Made by a program: the position numbers and the translations under genes. Of a stretch of 64,000 bases of DNA, positions 39,357-48,023 are shown piece by piece. This DNA is from an uncultured bacterium. GTDB lineage: Bacteria; Chlamydiota; Chlamydiia; Chlamydiales; FEN-1388. How positions within the stretch are numbered: the stretch's first letter is position 1; every line of letters begins with the position of its first letter. The notes beneath the pieces are model-generated. The model was not told where the DNA came from. It saw only the letters and a list, made by a program, of their open reading frames with translations, and ran no database searches. The stretch spans positions 22,381-86,380 of the forward strand of contig CAYWZU010000003.1 in assembly GCA_964462925.1 (NCBI GenBank). The letters run 5' to 3'.

Positions 39357-39864
39357 AAGGAGAGCTCATCTTAAGGGCTGAATAGAAATAATCAATCATT
39401 CAGCGAACACCCTCATGAAAGAAAGCATCTACTCTTACATGATATATTTGACAATAATCTGAATTATCATTACGGAAACATTCATTGTTGAAGGCCGGGC
39501 CATCATCATGTGTTGAGGGCCGGGCCTGCATTAGGCACATTTGAGATAAATTCTGTGGGAAAATTGATCCGTTGCGCTGTGTTATACCTAATGCCGACAC
39601 TCAACGCTCGCAACGCTTATGGCAACCATTCGTTGGTTGGCAAGCAAATAGCATCAATTCTGTCTCTACTTGCTTTTGGAAGAGTTTAGAAATAGACAAG
39701 AAGGGCATTTATGTGCTTATTGGAAACAGCAAGGAGCTGTTTTGCATCACTGTCTTGTTTGCTTTTAATGGCTGCATTTGAAAGAGCATTTATTAAATGG
39801 GTAATTGCAGATCTAAGAGAAGCTCAGGATGAAAGCTTATCCCCGATTCAAGAATTATAGGTAG

Positions 39865-40233
39865 TTACCTTCCAGAGGCTGCCATAGGCAAGTTATAGTG
39901 ATGAGATGAATGAGTTTCAAATACGGTGTGAGCCTTTTTAGGATTCTTTTCTTCGCAAAAATTTATGATCACTGTGGTGCCTAAAGCATTAAGAAAGCGG
40001 AAAAGCCTTTCTAGTGAAAAGCTCCTAAGCTTTCCCCTTAACAGAGCAGATACTTTAGGTTGGTCAATTCCTAGGATTTCAGCAGCCGCTTTCTGTGTTA
40101 GCTTCTTCTTTTTTATGATATGGGCAATCTCAATGGCAACTTCAGATTTAGCTAGGAGCTCTTCAGGGTTAGGCAAGCCTAAATCTGCGAAGACGTTCCC
40201 TGAACTTTCCTCATACTGTACCTTTTTTCTCAT
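39865..40233 (-). CDS. higA: HigA-type antitoxin (XRE HTH)
   Basis: GNVFADLGLPNPEELLAKSEVAIEI...LTQKAAAEILGIDQPKVSALLRGKLRSFSLERL is a typical HigA/XRE antitoxin. ATGA overlap with the upstream toxin gene. Confidence 0.8.
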   Translation of the reverse strand: MRKKVQYEESSGNVFADLGLPNPEELLAKSEVAIEIAHIIKKKKLTQKAAAEILGIDQPKVSALLRGKLRSFSLERLFRFLNALGTTVIINFCEEKNPKKAHTVFETHSSHHYNLPMAASGR

Positions 40234-40592
40234 GACTTCTTCTCCTTTTTAAGTTCTGCATATGCATCATCTACTTCTTTAATTCTACGCTTAATTGTCT
40301 CTATGTCTTTTGGCGGCGTAGCAATTCCACTTTTTGACTTCTTTTGAAATGCGTGCAATACAAAGACATATTCGGGTTTTTCAATCGTGTAGACTGTGCG
40401 ATATGTGCCGCTTAGAGATCTCTCCTTAATTTCAACAATGCTCGCGCTACCAAATCCACTTAATGTTTTAGCATGAGTAGGTCTTTCGCCCTTTTGAACT
40501 TGTAGTAAAGCATGTCCCATGCCGTATTGGACGTCCTCAGGGAATTCCTTCATGTCTTTTCTACTCGTTCCAAGCCAAATAACTTTTTTCAT
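40230..40592 (-). CDS. higB: HigB/RelE-superfamily toxin (Gp49-like, DUF891)
   Basis: MKKVIWLGTSRKDMKEFPEDVQ...YRTVYTIEKPEYVFVLHAFQKKSKSGIATPPKDIE is a typical Gp49-like toxin. Start trimmed to MKKVIW. Confidence 0.8.
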   Translation of the reverse strand: MKKVIWLGTSRKDMKEFPEDVQYGMGHALLQVQKGERPTHAKTLSGFGSASIVEIKERSLSGTYRTVYTIEKPEYVFVLHAFQKKSKSGIATPPKDIETIKRRIKEVDDAYAELKKEKKS

Positions 40593-40694
40593 CGCGCTCT
40601 CTCTTAACTTAATTATGCCTAAATAGGCATTAAAATAACACAAAAATAGTGCTATTTTGATGTCTTAATGGTGTTCATGTGAGGAAAGCCTATA

Positions 40695-41030
40695 CTACCG
40701 CTTCTTCCACTGAGCGCGATACTCTTTTAGTATTTGATCAGCTATCGGGTGATTAAGGGATTTCAGATACCCTGTAATTTCCTGTTGCGCCTGTTGAGCA
40801 GCCCACTGTGCAGCGCTACTGCCTATCGCATACTGACTAACTGCTCGCAGGTACATATCTTCGCATTGTCGGATTATGTACTCTCGGATTTCCTGCTCTT
40901 CTTTCGTCTTTTTGTCCTTGCCAGACTTAGAGCTCTTTTTTGGAGTTTTAGAAGCTACCTGCATTATCGAGATGTCTCGCACAATTTCTTGCTGAGGTTG
41001 GTATTGCATGTCTGCTGTAATGATCGCCAT
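40695..41030 (-). CDS. Hypothetical small basic protein
   Basis: 111-aa ORF in the islet. Lys-rich centre (KKSSKSGKDKKTKEE). Confidence 0.4.
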   Translation of the reverse strand: MAIITADMQYQPQQEIVRDISIMQVASKTPKKSSKSGKDKKTKEEQEIREYIIRQCEDMYLRAVSQYAIGSSAAQWAAQQAQQEITGYLKSLNHPIADQILKEYRAQWKKR

Positions 41031-41146
41031 ATAAACCTATAGTATAGATTATTAAAATAGGCCGAATATCATGGCATCCGTATAAATAATAAACAAGTTA
41101 ATTTAGTTTTTATAATTATGGACCCTTGCTTTATTAACTTTATAAC

Positions 41147-42277
41147 ATGATAATTACTAGCCAAAAAAATAACCAAATGGACTTCATGAAAACAAAAGTT
41201 TTTGCCTTGCTTGCTTTAACTCTTTGCAGCCATCTACCTGCTGAGACATACGTAACTAGCACGCCACCATTAGAACCGCAAACAGAGTTTGAGCAGCTCG
41301 CGGTGGTGCTTGCCAAGCATGGCAATAATCCTCGAGGCGTTCCTGCCCTGCATTATGCAATTTTACAAGAAGATGAGGTAGCTGTAGATTTGCTATTGAA
41401 GTATGGCGCTAGCCCAAAAACAGCAGGATGTTCTACTTCTTATGATCAAGAGATAATGCATGTTTGTGTTGAAACTGGAAATCTAGAGATCTTTAAGAAA
41501 CTTGCTACACTCACATGGAACGATGAAGAATGTACAAAGATTGTTTATAGTGTTCTATCAGAAGCAATCCACTTAGGATACAAGGATATAATTAGTTTTA
41601 TACTAAATACATATAACCTTGACTTTGTGGATACACAAGAAAACCTTCCCACAAAATTGCTAGGAGCCTGCTCTATTGTTGGAAACTTTGAACTCTTTGA
41701 GGAACTAAAAGAAAGATATAAGCATACGAATATAAACAATGCTTACTGTCTTCATAATGTGTTTTATCGATATGTGAGAAGGAAAGATAGACCAAATGCT
41801 CCACTTCTAAATGAGGAAAAAATCATCGAAGGAAAGCGCAAGATTCTTGAAAGATTTACTACATATGAGCTCAAGGCTTTTTTTTCTCGCCACTCAGGAG
41901 ACGTTTTTAACAGCTCATATTCAGAGCTTTTGGAGTACGTATTAGATAGGAAGATTGTAGATGTAGATAGCATAATTGGCGAGGTCTCTCTCATAATTTC
42001 GGCTTGCAGAAATAGATATTCTGGCAATGAAATGGTCAAAACTCTTCTCGCAAGAGGTTTAGATGTGAAGAAAGAGCAGTACAAACAAGTGCTTTTCAAT
42101 GTTATCGCTGGCAATGACCTCTCATTTTTTGAATTAGCCAGAAAAAAGGAGTTAATACTTATTTTATTGGATGCAGGTCTTGATATAAATATACGAGACA
42201 GAAACGGTAACTCACTAATAGAAGCTTGTAATGAGCCAAACATTAAAGCATTTTTGAAAAACCTAGGTGCAAAGTAG
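41147..42277 (+). CDS. Ankyrin-repeat protein with N-terminal signal-like segment
   Basis: MKTKVFALLALTLCSHLPA, then ALHYAILQEDEVAVDLLLKYGASP and further ANK-like repeats (LILILLDAGLDINIRDRNGNSLIEA). The true start is probably an internal Met (MDFMKTK). Confidence 0.7.
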   Translation: MIITSQKNNQMDFMKTKVFALLALTLCSHLPAETYVTSTPPLEPQTEFEQLAVVLAKHGNNPRGVPALHYAILQEDEVAVDLLLKYGASPKTAGCSTSYDQEIMHVCVETGNLEIFKKLATLTWNDEECTKIVYSVLSEAIHLGYKDIISFILNTYNLDFVDTQENLPTKLLGACSIVGNFELFEELKERYKHTNINNAYCLHNVFYRYVRRKDRPNAPLLNEEKIIEGKRKILERFTTYELKAFFSRHSGDVFNSSYSELLEYVLDRKIVDVDSIIGEVSLIISACRNRYSGNEMVKTLLARGLDVKKEQYKQVLFNVIAGNDLSFFELARKKELILILLDAGLDINIRDRNGNSLIEACNEPNIKAFLKNLGAK

Positions 42278-42422
42278 GCATTCGCATGTCCCAGTTTTGC
42301 CCCACTAGCTTTCAAAGAATGGCAAAATCTTACAACACATCACAAAAGGTGAAATTTCCCTAACACTTTAAACCCGTTGCCGTTATATTCAGTGACGTGT
42401 TGTGATTCGTTGTGTTGGCTAA

Positions 42423-42466
42423 GACTGTTAATCCGTTGGTCGTAGGTTCGACCCCTACTTCCGGAG
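42423..42466 (+). pseudogene. 3' 44-nt fragment of tRNA-Asn (attR-like)
   Basis: gactgttaatccgttggtcgtaggttcgacccctacttccggag is identical to 38558-38601. The 5' half of the tRNA is missing. Confidence 0.85.
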
Positions 42467-42602
42467 TCCAAGCCCTTAAGGTAAAACCTTAAGGGCTTTT
42501 TCTTTTTTTCAAAAAACGACCAAAAGGACCTAAAGGACAATGGCCAGGGTCCTCTACGTCCTTTTTTGTCGTTTAGGTCCTTTATGTCCTTTCTTCTTTA
42601 AT
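42423..42602 (+). repeat. Direct repeat copy B of the tRNA-Asn islet
   Basis: See copy A. Both copies end with gtcctttatgtcctttcttctttaat and then diverge. Confidence 0.85.
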
Positions 42603-42760
42603 GAAAGAAAATCGCCCATGCAAATTCTCAATCATTTGCCTGTGATTTGTTATTGTTATTACTACATATTATTGGACATAAAGTTCTAATTTTTAGTATT
42701 ATAGTTTGAAATTCAAGGGTTATACTGACTTTAATGAATGCATTACATAAAGGAGAAATT

Positions 42761-43531
42761 ATGTCATTTGATGTTATCATGATTAAATCGCTGCCTTCAG
42801 GCGATCGCGATGTTCAAATTGAACCAGCAGCCAAAAAGTATGTAAGTACAAGCGGTAAACCTCTTTCATAAGCTTCTATCGCAAAGGCTAGAGAGCTTAG
42901 CGCCCAAATTCAAAAAATGGGTCCCTTTGCAGGGGTTTACAGTGGAGAAAGTAAAACATCGTATGAGACAGCTCTGCATGCAACCGGTGTAAATGAAGTG
43001 CAAGTGCATACAGGTTTTAACCAAATCCGCCTCGGTATTTTTGAAGATGCTGCAGCTAGAGATATCCAAAAGGCTTATGCTGCTGCTCATCCAAGCAAAA
43101 GCTTTGTGCCAGAACCAAACGATTGCTTAAATAAGCCATGGCCAGGACAAGCTGTGGATGCATTTGAGCCATATGATGCAGTTGATGAAAGAGTGCTTAA
43201 GGCGTTTGCAGGTTTGAACCTTGATGCAAAGCTAAAAAGACCAGTATTTGTTGTATCCGCTGCTAAAGAGCCTGTACGTTCAGTTATGCTCAATTCATCA
43301 CTTGCTGAATCTGTACGCGCATCCCAATTTTATAAAGATCTAGTAGCGCACATTCAAAAGGAGCCTGAACTAGACGAGCCTCTTAAAGAACTACTCGTAC
43401 GTGGTCAGCTTAACCCAAAAGATGGCTCTTGGATTAGAGTACGATACGAGGATGGCAAATATTCTATTGTTGACGTCTCTAAAGATGTTGAATTTAGAAA
43501 AGCCCCACCAGTACCAGGCTACTTTAAGTAA
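42761..43531 (+). pseudogene. Single reading frame interrupted by one in-frame TAA (42869-42871); hypothetical protein
   Basis: AAAGGAG SD sits 5 nt before ATG 42761. 36 codons are followed by TAA, and the same frame continues into ORF 42917-43531 (156 nt = 52 codons offset). Confidence 0.5.
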
Positions 43532-43540
43532 TACCTAAAT

Positions 43541-43590
43541 AAAAGGAGGACATGAAGGAGATCTACTCCTTTATGTCCTTTATCTTTTTG
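43541..43590. repeat. Family A hairpin (GGACATGAAGGAG / CTCCTTTATGTCC) between convergent genes
   Basis: aaaggaggacatgaaggag-atctact-ctcctttatgtccttta. Probable bidirectional terminator. Confidence 0.65.
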
Positions 43591-43595
43591 ATGCA

Positions 43596-44690
43596 CTAAT
43601 TAAGCTTTTTGCCAGCGTATTCTTGATGAGTTTTGATCATCATTTTGACAACGAATTGGGTAAATTTCTCTAAACCTTGTGGATCTTCAAGGCCATTGAT
43701 CAAAGTTGACAGATATTCTTTTTCATCAGCGGGGCCGATTTTCGGAGGGAGGTAGCCGAAGGAAAGTAAAATGACTGAGGCAAGGGCTTTCCCGGTGCGC
43801 TTATTGGCTTCATGGGAGATGTGCAGATCTACCGTGTCAAACCAGATTTTCGCGGCTTTTTGAATGGGGTGCATCTGGGGCTCTTTGATTGAAACAAGTG
43901 AGCTATTAAGCTTTTGAGGGATCTCTTGGGGCAACGGAAAATAGTGCACCCGCTCTGAAAGCCACTGACTTATGTTGAGCTTGTCATCTGTTCTTCCTTG
44001 CTTTTCTATCCAGCCCTTAACGACGTCTGGTGTAACAGTATGCGCATTTGCTGCATAGTGGGCTTTGGCACTCTCATCGGCATAAACAAGCTCCCCTCTT
44101 GCTGCAATCTCTTTATTTTTTATTATAATTCCTTCAATCGCACCTCTTGGATAGAGAAGCACAGGTTTTTTACATTTCGGATCGGAGATTTCACGGAGTT
44201 TTTGAGCACTTTTTGCCGGCCCAAATTGCTGGGCAAGAGTCATTTCAAGTGCATACATGACCGTACTTTCATTAAGGTCTGAGATAGTATGTTTTGCCCA
44301 GCGAATGCCGCGATGTCTAAACTCACCAGGATTTAGATTATCTGTTCTGGAAAAAAGGCCATTATATCGAATGACACTCTCAATTGTAAGCGCCTGGGTA
44401 AGATGGTGGCCTGCAGGCAAGAGTTCCCGCTCAAGTGCTGAAAGCCCATAAATCCAGTCTATCTCTTCCCCTTTCGCTGTGCGCTCAGCTTCTGAACAGT
44501 AGCTAAACTCTCTTGCAAGATCTCTTTTCGTGTAGCCTTCTGCTTTTTTCTTAAGCTGTGCAAGTGTTTCATCTGAGTAGTTGTGGCACGTCACCTGATT
44601 ACAGTTTTCATACACATATTTTGGAATTATTCTTATAGGAGAATCACTATATCGAGGAACTTGGCTAAACTCATTAACGATCATACTCAC
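43596..44690 (-). CDS. Fido (Fic/Doc)-motif protein, candidate effector
   Basis: Residues 290-304, HISHEANKRTGKALA, match Hx(F)x(D/E)(A/G)N(G/K)R, most like the Doc variant (..NKRT..). The rest of the protein was not recognised. Confidence 0.55.
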   Translation of the reverse strand: MSMIVNEFSQVPRYSDSPIRIIPKYVYENCNQVTCHNYSDETLAQLKKKAEGYTKRDLAREFSYCSEAERTAKGEEIDWIYGLSALERELLPAGHHLTQALTIESVIRYNGLFSRTDNLNPGEFRHRGIRWAKHTISDLNESTVMYALEMTLAQQFGPAKSAQKLREISDPKCKKPVLLYPRGAIEGIIIKNKEIAARGELVYADESAKAHYAANAHTVTPDVVKGWIEKQGRTDDKLNISQWLSERVHYFPLPQEIPQKLNSSLVSIKEPQMHPIQKAAKIWFDTVDLHISHEANKRTGKALASVILLSFGYLPPKIGPADEKEYLSTLINGLEDPQGLEKFTQFVVKMMIKTHQEYAGKKLN

Positions 44691-44827
44691 CTGTAAATTA
44701 TTTAAATTGAAATTATTGTATAATTAACAAAACGTTATAAGCAAGTTCAATTTCAGAAACTAAAAACCTGTTAATCATATTATCAAAAGCTTATACTTAT
44801 TCACTTACTAAGTAAGGATACTTTTAT

Positions 44828-46669
44828 ATGAGCAATACTCTTTCTATTTCAGATCAACTAACTAAACTCGATCCAGATCGCGCTTTACTACCAAGTAAAC
44901 CATCCTGGCATGAGAACGAGCGAAATATGAGGATTACTGGAATTGCTCTGATCGCAATTGGTGCAGTTGGGGCGGCTCTTTCTGTAGCAGCTATTGCCTT
45001 TGGCGCTATGGGAGTAAGTCTTGGCGCTCTACCAGCTGGCGGACTTATCGGAGTTGGGGTAGGTGGTATTGCCCTCTCAATTGCTGCTATTGCAAAAGGA
45101 ATCTTTTTGCTTAACAAATCCTACTGGAACGACCAAAGCTATGTTGATAAGCAGTCCTTTCAGGCAATGAAGATGTCCTTTGATGATATCGTCAAGACCT
45201 ATGACTGGGAGCATATAAATTCTGGCAACCTGCTCTCCAATAAAGCCCTTAAAGCAAAGTTCTTTGAAAAGATTGAACATATGGAATATGCATCCATCAT
45301 CGAGCAGCATAGGCAGCAAATCCTCGAGCACAAATTTATTTCCTTTAAGGAGCTAAAGCCAAAGCTTATCCTCGAAGCCAAAAATCTTACCGACCGCTCA
45401 TTTAAAGAAAAATATGGCGATCAGCCTCTTGTAGACGCTGTTTTAGGCAAAGAAGATGCCTTTTATGTTGCTATGATTCGGCGCGCCATAGCTTCTCTTC
45501 CCTACCACACTATCTGTCAAGATTATGCTGTAGAGTTATCCAAAAACATTATCTCAAAGGAAGACATTACGGCTGTAATTTCTGACCAATGCGCAGGAAA
45601 AAGCTTCTCTACAATCTTTGAAGCGCAAGGAAAAGATCATTTTTGGCAGATTATACAAGATCAAATTTTGCCTCCAGAGCACTTTAAAGAGCTTGTTTTA
45701 CAAGAAGAGCTCACAGTAGCAGAGCTCCTTGAGCGATTTGGCTGGAATCTCTTTACTCTTCGTATACTCCAAGGACGAGATGTTCGCCAAAAGCTGCTTA
45801 TCGAAATAAAAGATTTGAGTTTTTCGCAGATTATCGAGCGCTATAGCTGGAAGGCAGTTGATGAAGCGCTCCTTTTGCAAAAAGACCTCACCCCCCTTGC
45901 AGCGGCAGAATGCGAGCAAATCAGAACTTTTGAAGAGATCTACACACGCTTTGGTGAAAATGTCTTTAAAAAGCATATCCTTTCCTCAAAAGATCTGATC
46001 ATTCAAAGCAGGATTAAAGACCTCTGTCAAAGAATGGCATTTTGTACGATGATCGATAGCTATAAAGATATCCTTATCCCATACAACTTACTTCCCTATA
46101 ACGTAGATGAGCTTATCAAAGAAAAAGAAGCCACAGATCAAAGGTTAAAAACTCGAAAAACGAACGCAGAAAGGGCCGCAACTGAAAGCGCAAAAGCTGC
46201 TTTCACAGCAAAAGATGCCAATATTTCATCAAGCCTCAAGCTAAAACAGAGTGCAAGAAAGGCCATAAACGCAGAAAACATCGCCCACACACAACATGCA
46301 GCGCGCATACAAGGGCAAATCGATCAAGAAGACCAGGCACATAGAAACACACTCTATGAGCTTAAAAAGCAAAATCCAGCTGCAAACTGCGATGCTGAAC
46401 ATCATCGACATATGGCGGCTAAGCGATCACTTGAGCTTACAAAGCTTCAGGAAGAAAGCAGACATCGCATGCAGATTAGCTACCTTATTAACAATAAACA
46501 AACAACCTCTCGCATACACAAAGAACAGGTTGCAGCCCAAGAAGCAGCCTACAAAAAACTTATCCTGCAAGCAGAGCTTACAAAAAAAGAGCAAATTGCA
46601 ACTGCAACAGAGCTTCATGCACTTGAGCTTCGCGCTGTCGATGCAAAATTTAAAGAGCTTATAGGTTAA
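44828..46669 (+). CDS. Inc-like membrane protein with long coiled-coil C-terminal region
   Basis: Residues ~35-95 form a ~60-aa bilobed hydrophobic block (ITGIALIAIGAVGAALSVAAIAFGAMGVSLGALPAGGLIGVGVGGIALSIAAIAKGIFLL). The C-terminal 170 aa are charged and heptad-like. Confidence 0.6.
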   Translation: MSNTLSISDQLTKLDPDRALLPSKPSWHENERNMRITGIALIAIGAVGAALSVAAIAFGAMGVSLGALPAGGLIGVGVGGIALSIAAIAKGIFLLNKSYWNDQSYVDKQSFQAMKMSFDDIVKTYDWEHINSGNLLSNKALKAKFFEKIEHMEYASIIEQHRQQILEHKFISFKELKPKLILEAKNLTDRSFKEKYGDQPLVDAVLGKEDAFYVAMIRRAIASLPYHTICQDYAVELSKNIISKEDITAVISDQCAGKSFSTIFEAQGKDHFWQIIQDQILPPEHFKELVLQEELTVAELLERFGWNLFTLRILQGRDVRQKLLIEIKDLSFSQIIERYSWKAVDEALLLQKDLTPLAAAECEQIRTFEEIYTRFGENVFKKHILSSKDLIIQSRIKDLCQRMAFCTMIDSYKDILIPYNLLPYNVDELIKEKEATDQRLKTRKTNAERAATESAKAAFTAKDANISSSLKLKQSARKAINAENIAHTQHAARIQGQIDQEDQAHRNTLYELKKQNPAANCDAEHHRHMAAKRSLELTKLQEESRHRMQISYLINNKQTTSRIHKEQVAAQEAAYKKLILQAELTKKEQIATATELHALELRAVDAKFKELIG

Positions 46670-46810
46670 AAAGTAAAACTTTTGAATCTTGCTCTGCTTT
46701 CAGCATAAGAGTTTTTGCACCGTCAACAGCTACGCCATCGCCAGCTTTGAGGGTATTGCCAGCAAAAGTAATGCTGCCTTGTACGACTTGCAGATACCCG
46801 CGAGGATCAA
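46578..46810. repeat. 233-bp direct repeat, copy 1
   Basis: Same sequence as 48513-48745, with one mismatch seen at 46806/48741. Confidence 0.9.
46659..46810 (-). pseudogene. Duplicated 3' fragment of the pirin gene
   Basis: Encodes DPRGYLQVVQGSITFAGNTLKAGDGVAVDGAKTLMLKAEQDSKVLLFNL*, identical to the end of 48594-49286. The frame hits a stop about 25 codons further upstream. Confidence 0.8.
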
Positions 46811-47186
46811 GAGTACCACCAGATGCGCGTGAAAAAACGGTTCCAAGTGCTCTATCGATGCTTCACCGCTGCACAAAGCCGGAACATGCGGACTATCTCT
46901 TTGGGCCTCTCGCAGATATCCCAATTAATGATCGCGTACAATTTCTGGAGAGTCTTTGTCTGTTTGTGGCTCATCTTCACTCTGAGCTCTGGCATGATCT
47001 GGGACCAATTTTGGCAAAAGGCGCAATAAAGGCGAGACCTTACGACAAACAGTTTCACTATTTCCAGAAGGTTTGCGAAGCAATCCAGCTGAAGTAAAAG
47101 CTGCCCTCCAGGCCGTCTCCGCACTACAAAATCATGCGCATTGCCCTCCATGCAGCTATTAGCTATTAGCCTCACATATTGAGGGA

Positions 47187-47216
47187 CAACTTACGAAATT
47201 TACCACTGTTTAGGGC
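47187..47216 (+). repeat. ~29-nt imperfect direct repeat, left of vapBC
   Basis: caacttacgaaatttaccactgtttagggc versus gaacttgaaattcaccactgtgtaagagc at 47995-48023. Confidence 0.6.
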
Positions 47217-47289
47217 TAAGAATTGCATAAATAGTGTGATTCTGTCATAATTAAGACTAGGCAGACTAGCGTGATAAAGGAGGTTTTAT

Positions 47290-47562
47290 ATGGCTTTACA
47301 CTCACATCATGAAAAAAATACGTGGCAGATACAAGAAGCAAAGACCTATTTTTCTAAGCTTATCCATAATGCCGAAGAGTTTGGCTTACAAAAAATTACT
47401 CGCCAAGGGCATGAAGTAGCTATTGTAATGTCAAAGCAAGAGTATGACAAGTTAGTGAAGCCCAAAACATCACTTATTGATTTTTTTACCAACTCCCCTT
47501 TAAGTGAGATTGATATTACTATTGAGCGCAGTAAAGATTCAATGCGAGAAGTTGACTTATGA
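47290..47562 (+). CDS. vapB: Phd/YefM-type antitoxin (VapB partner)
   Basis: TWQIQEAKTYFSKLIHNAEEFGLQKITRQGHEVAIVMSKQEYDKL is a typical Phd/YefM fold sequence. ATGA overlap with the PIN gene. Confidence 0.8.
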   Translation: MALHSHHEKNTWQIQEAKTYFSKLIHNAEEFGLQKITRQGHEVAIVMSKQEYDKLVKPKTSLIDFFTNSPLSEIDITIERSKDSMREVDL

Positions 47563-47993
47563 CCTACCTGCTCGATACGTGCATTGTTTCAAAATTACCA
47601 AAAATGAAAGCGCGAAACGACACCAAGCTTCTTAACTGGATTGCAAAACATAGTGAAACAGACTATTTTTTAAGCGTTGTGACTATTGGCGAAATCCAAG
47701 CAGGAATAGCACAGCTTGTGAAACCAAGTGACTTGCAAAAAAAGATGCACTTAGAAGAATGGCTTATTGCAGATCTTATTCCCAGATTTCGTGGAAGAAT
47801 ACTTGGAGTAGACGAGGTGGTCGCCAAAAATTGGGGTCAGATTGTAGGAGTTGGTCGATCAAAAGGAATTTGCATACCCGCAAATGACGCCCTCATTGCT
47901 GCGATAGCCCTCACTCACAACCTAATTGTAGTTACAGAAAACAGCAAAGACTTTATCAATTCCGGAATTAGCCTGTTTAATCCTTACCTATAG
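47559..47993 (+). CDS. vapC: PIN-domain toxin VapC
   Basis: YLLDTCIVSKL (first acidic PIN residue), TIGEIQAG, NDALIAAIALTHNLIVVTENSKDF. Confidence 0.85.
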   Translation: MTYLLDTCIVSKLPKMKARNDTKLLNWIAKHSETDYFLSVVTIGEIQAGIAQLVKPSDLQKKMHLEEWLIADLIPRFRGRILGVDEVVAKNWGQIVGVGRSKGICIPANDALIAAIALTHNLIVVTENSKDFINSGISLFNPYL

Positions 47994-47994
47994 A

Positions 47995-48023
47995 GAACTT
48001 GAAATTCACCACTGTGTAAGAGC
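47995..48023 (+). repeat. ~29-nt imperfect direct repeat, right of vapBC
   Basis: See 47187-47216. About 24 of 29 positions are identical, with one 2-nt indel. Confidence 0.6.

Larger units (their letters stand above)
38558..42602. mobile_element. tRNA-Asn-associated genomic islet (integrase-less), bounded by 199/180-bp direct repeats
   Basis: Intact tRNA-Asn on the left and a 44-nt 3' tRNA-Asn fragment on the right. Cargo is a four-helix-bundle protein, higBA, a small hypothetical protein and an ankyrin protein. Confidence 0.7.

Noticed and set aside
39400-39860. Possible integrase or transposase remnant, or a solo MITE end, in the islet's non-coding stretch
   Set aside because: I translated both strands and found no R..HxxR..Y or DDE-type blocks. 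The ggccgggcc duplicates (39493-39527) only loosely resemble the MITE-like TIR (gcagg..ccggccct), which could be chance in a GC-rich palindrome. This remains an untested note.
41764-42315. 183-aa minus-strand ORF
   Set aside because: It is antisense to the ankyrin-repeat gene and has no motif or SD.
42340-42540. 66-aa minus-strand ORF
   Set aside because: It runs across the tRNA-Asn fragment, the terminator hairpin and the family A repeat. It is not coding.
46811-47186. Possible second, diverged pirin paralog continuing upstream of the duplicated pirin fragment
   Set aside because: In the pirin frame, the sequence reads ..IDRALGTVFSRASGGTL before DPRGYL and then hits a stop. The overlapping ORFs (46747-47097 on the + strand, 46852-47175 on the - strand) show no cupin motifs. 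The coding status could not be supported.
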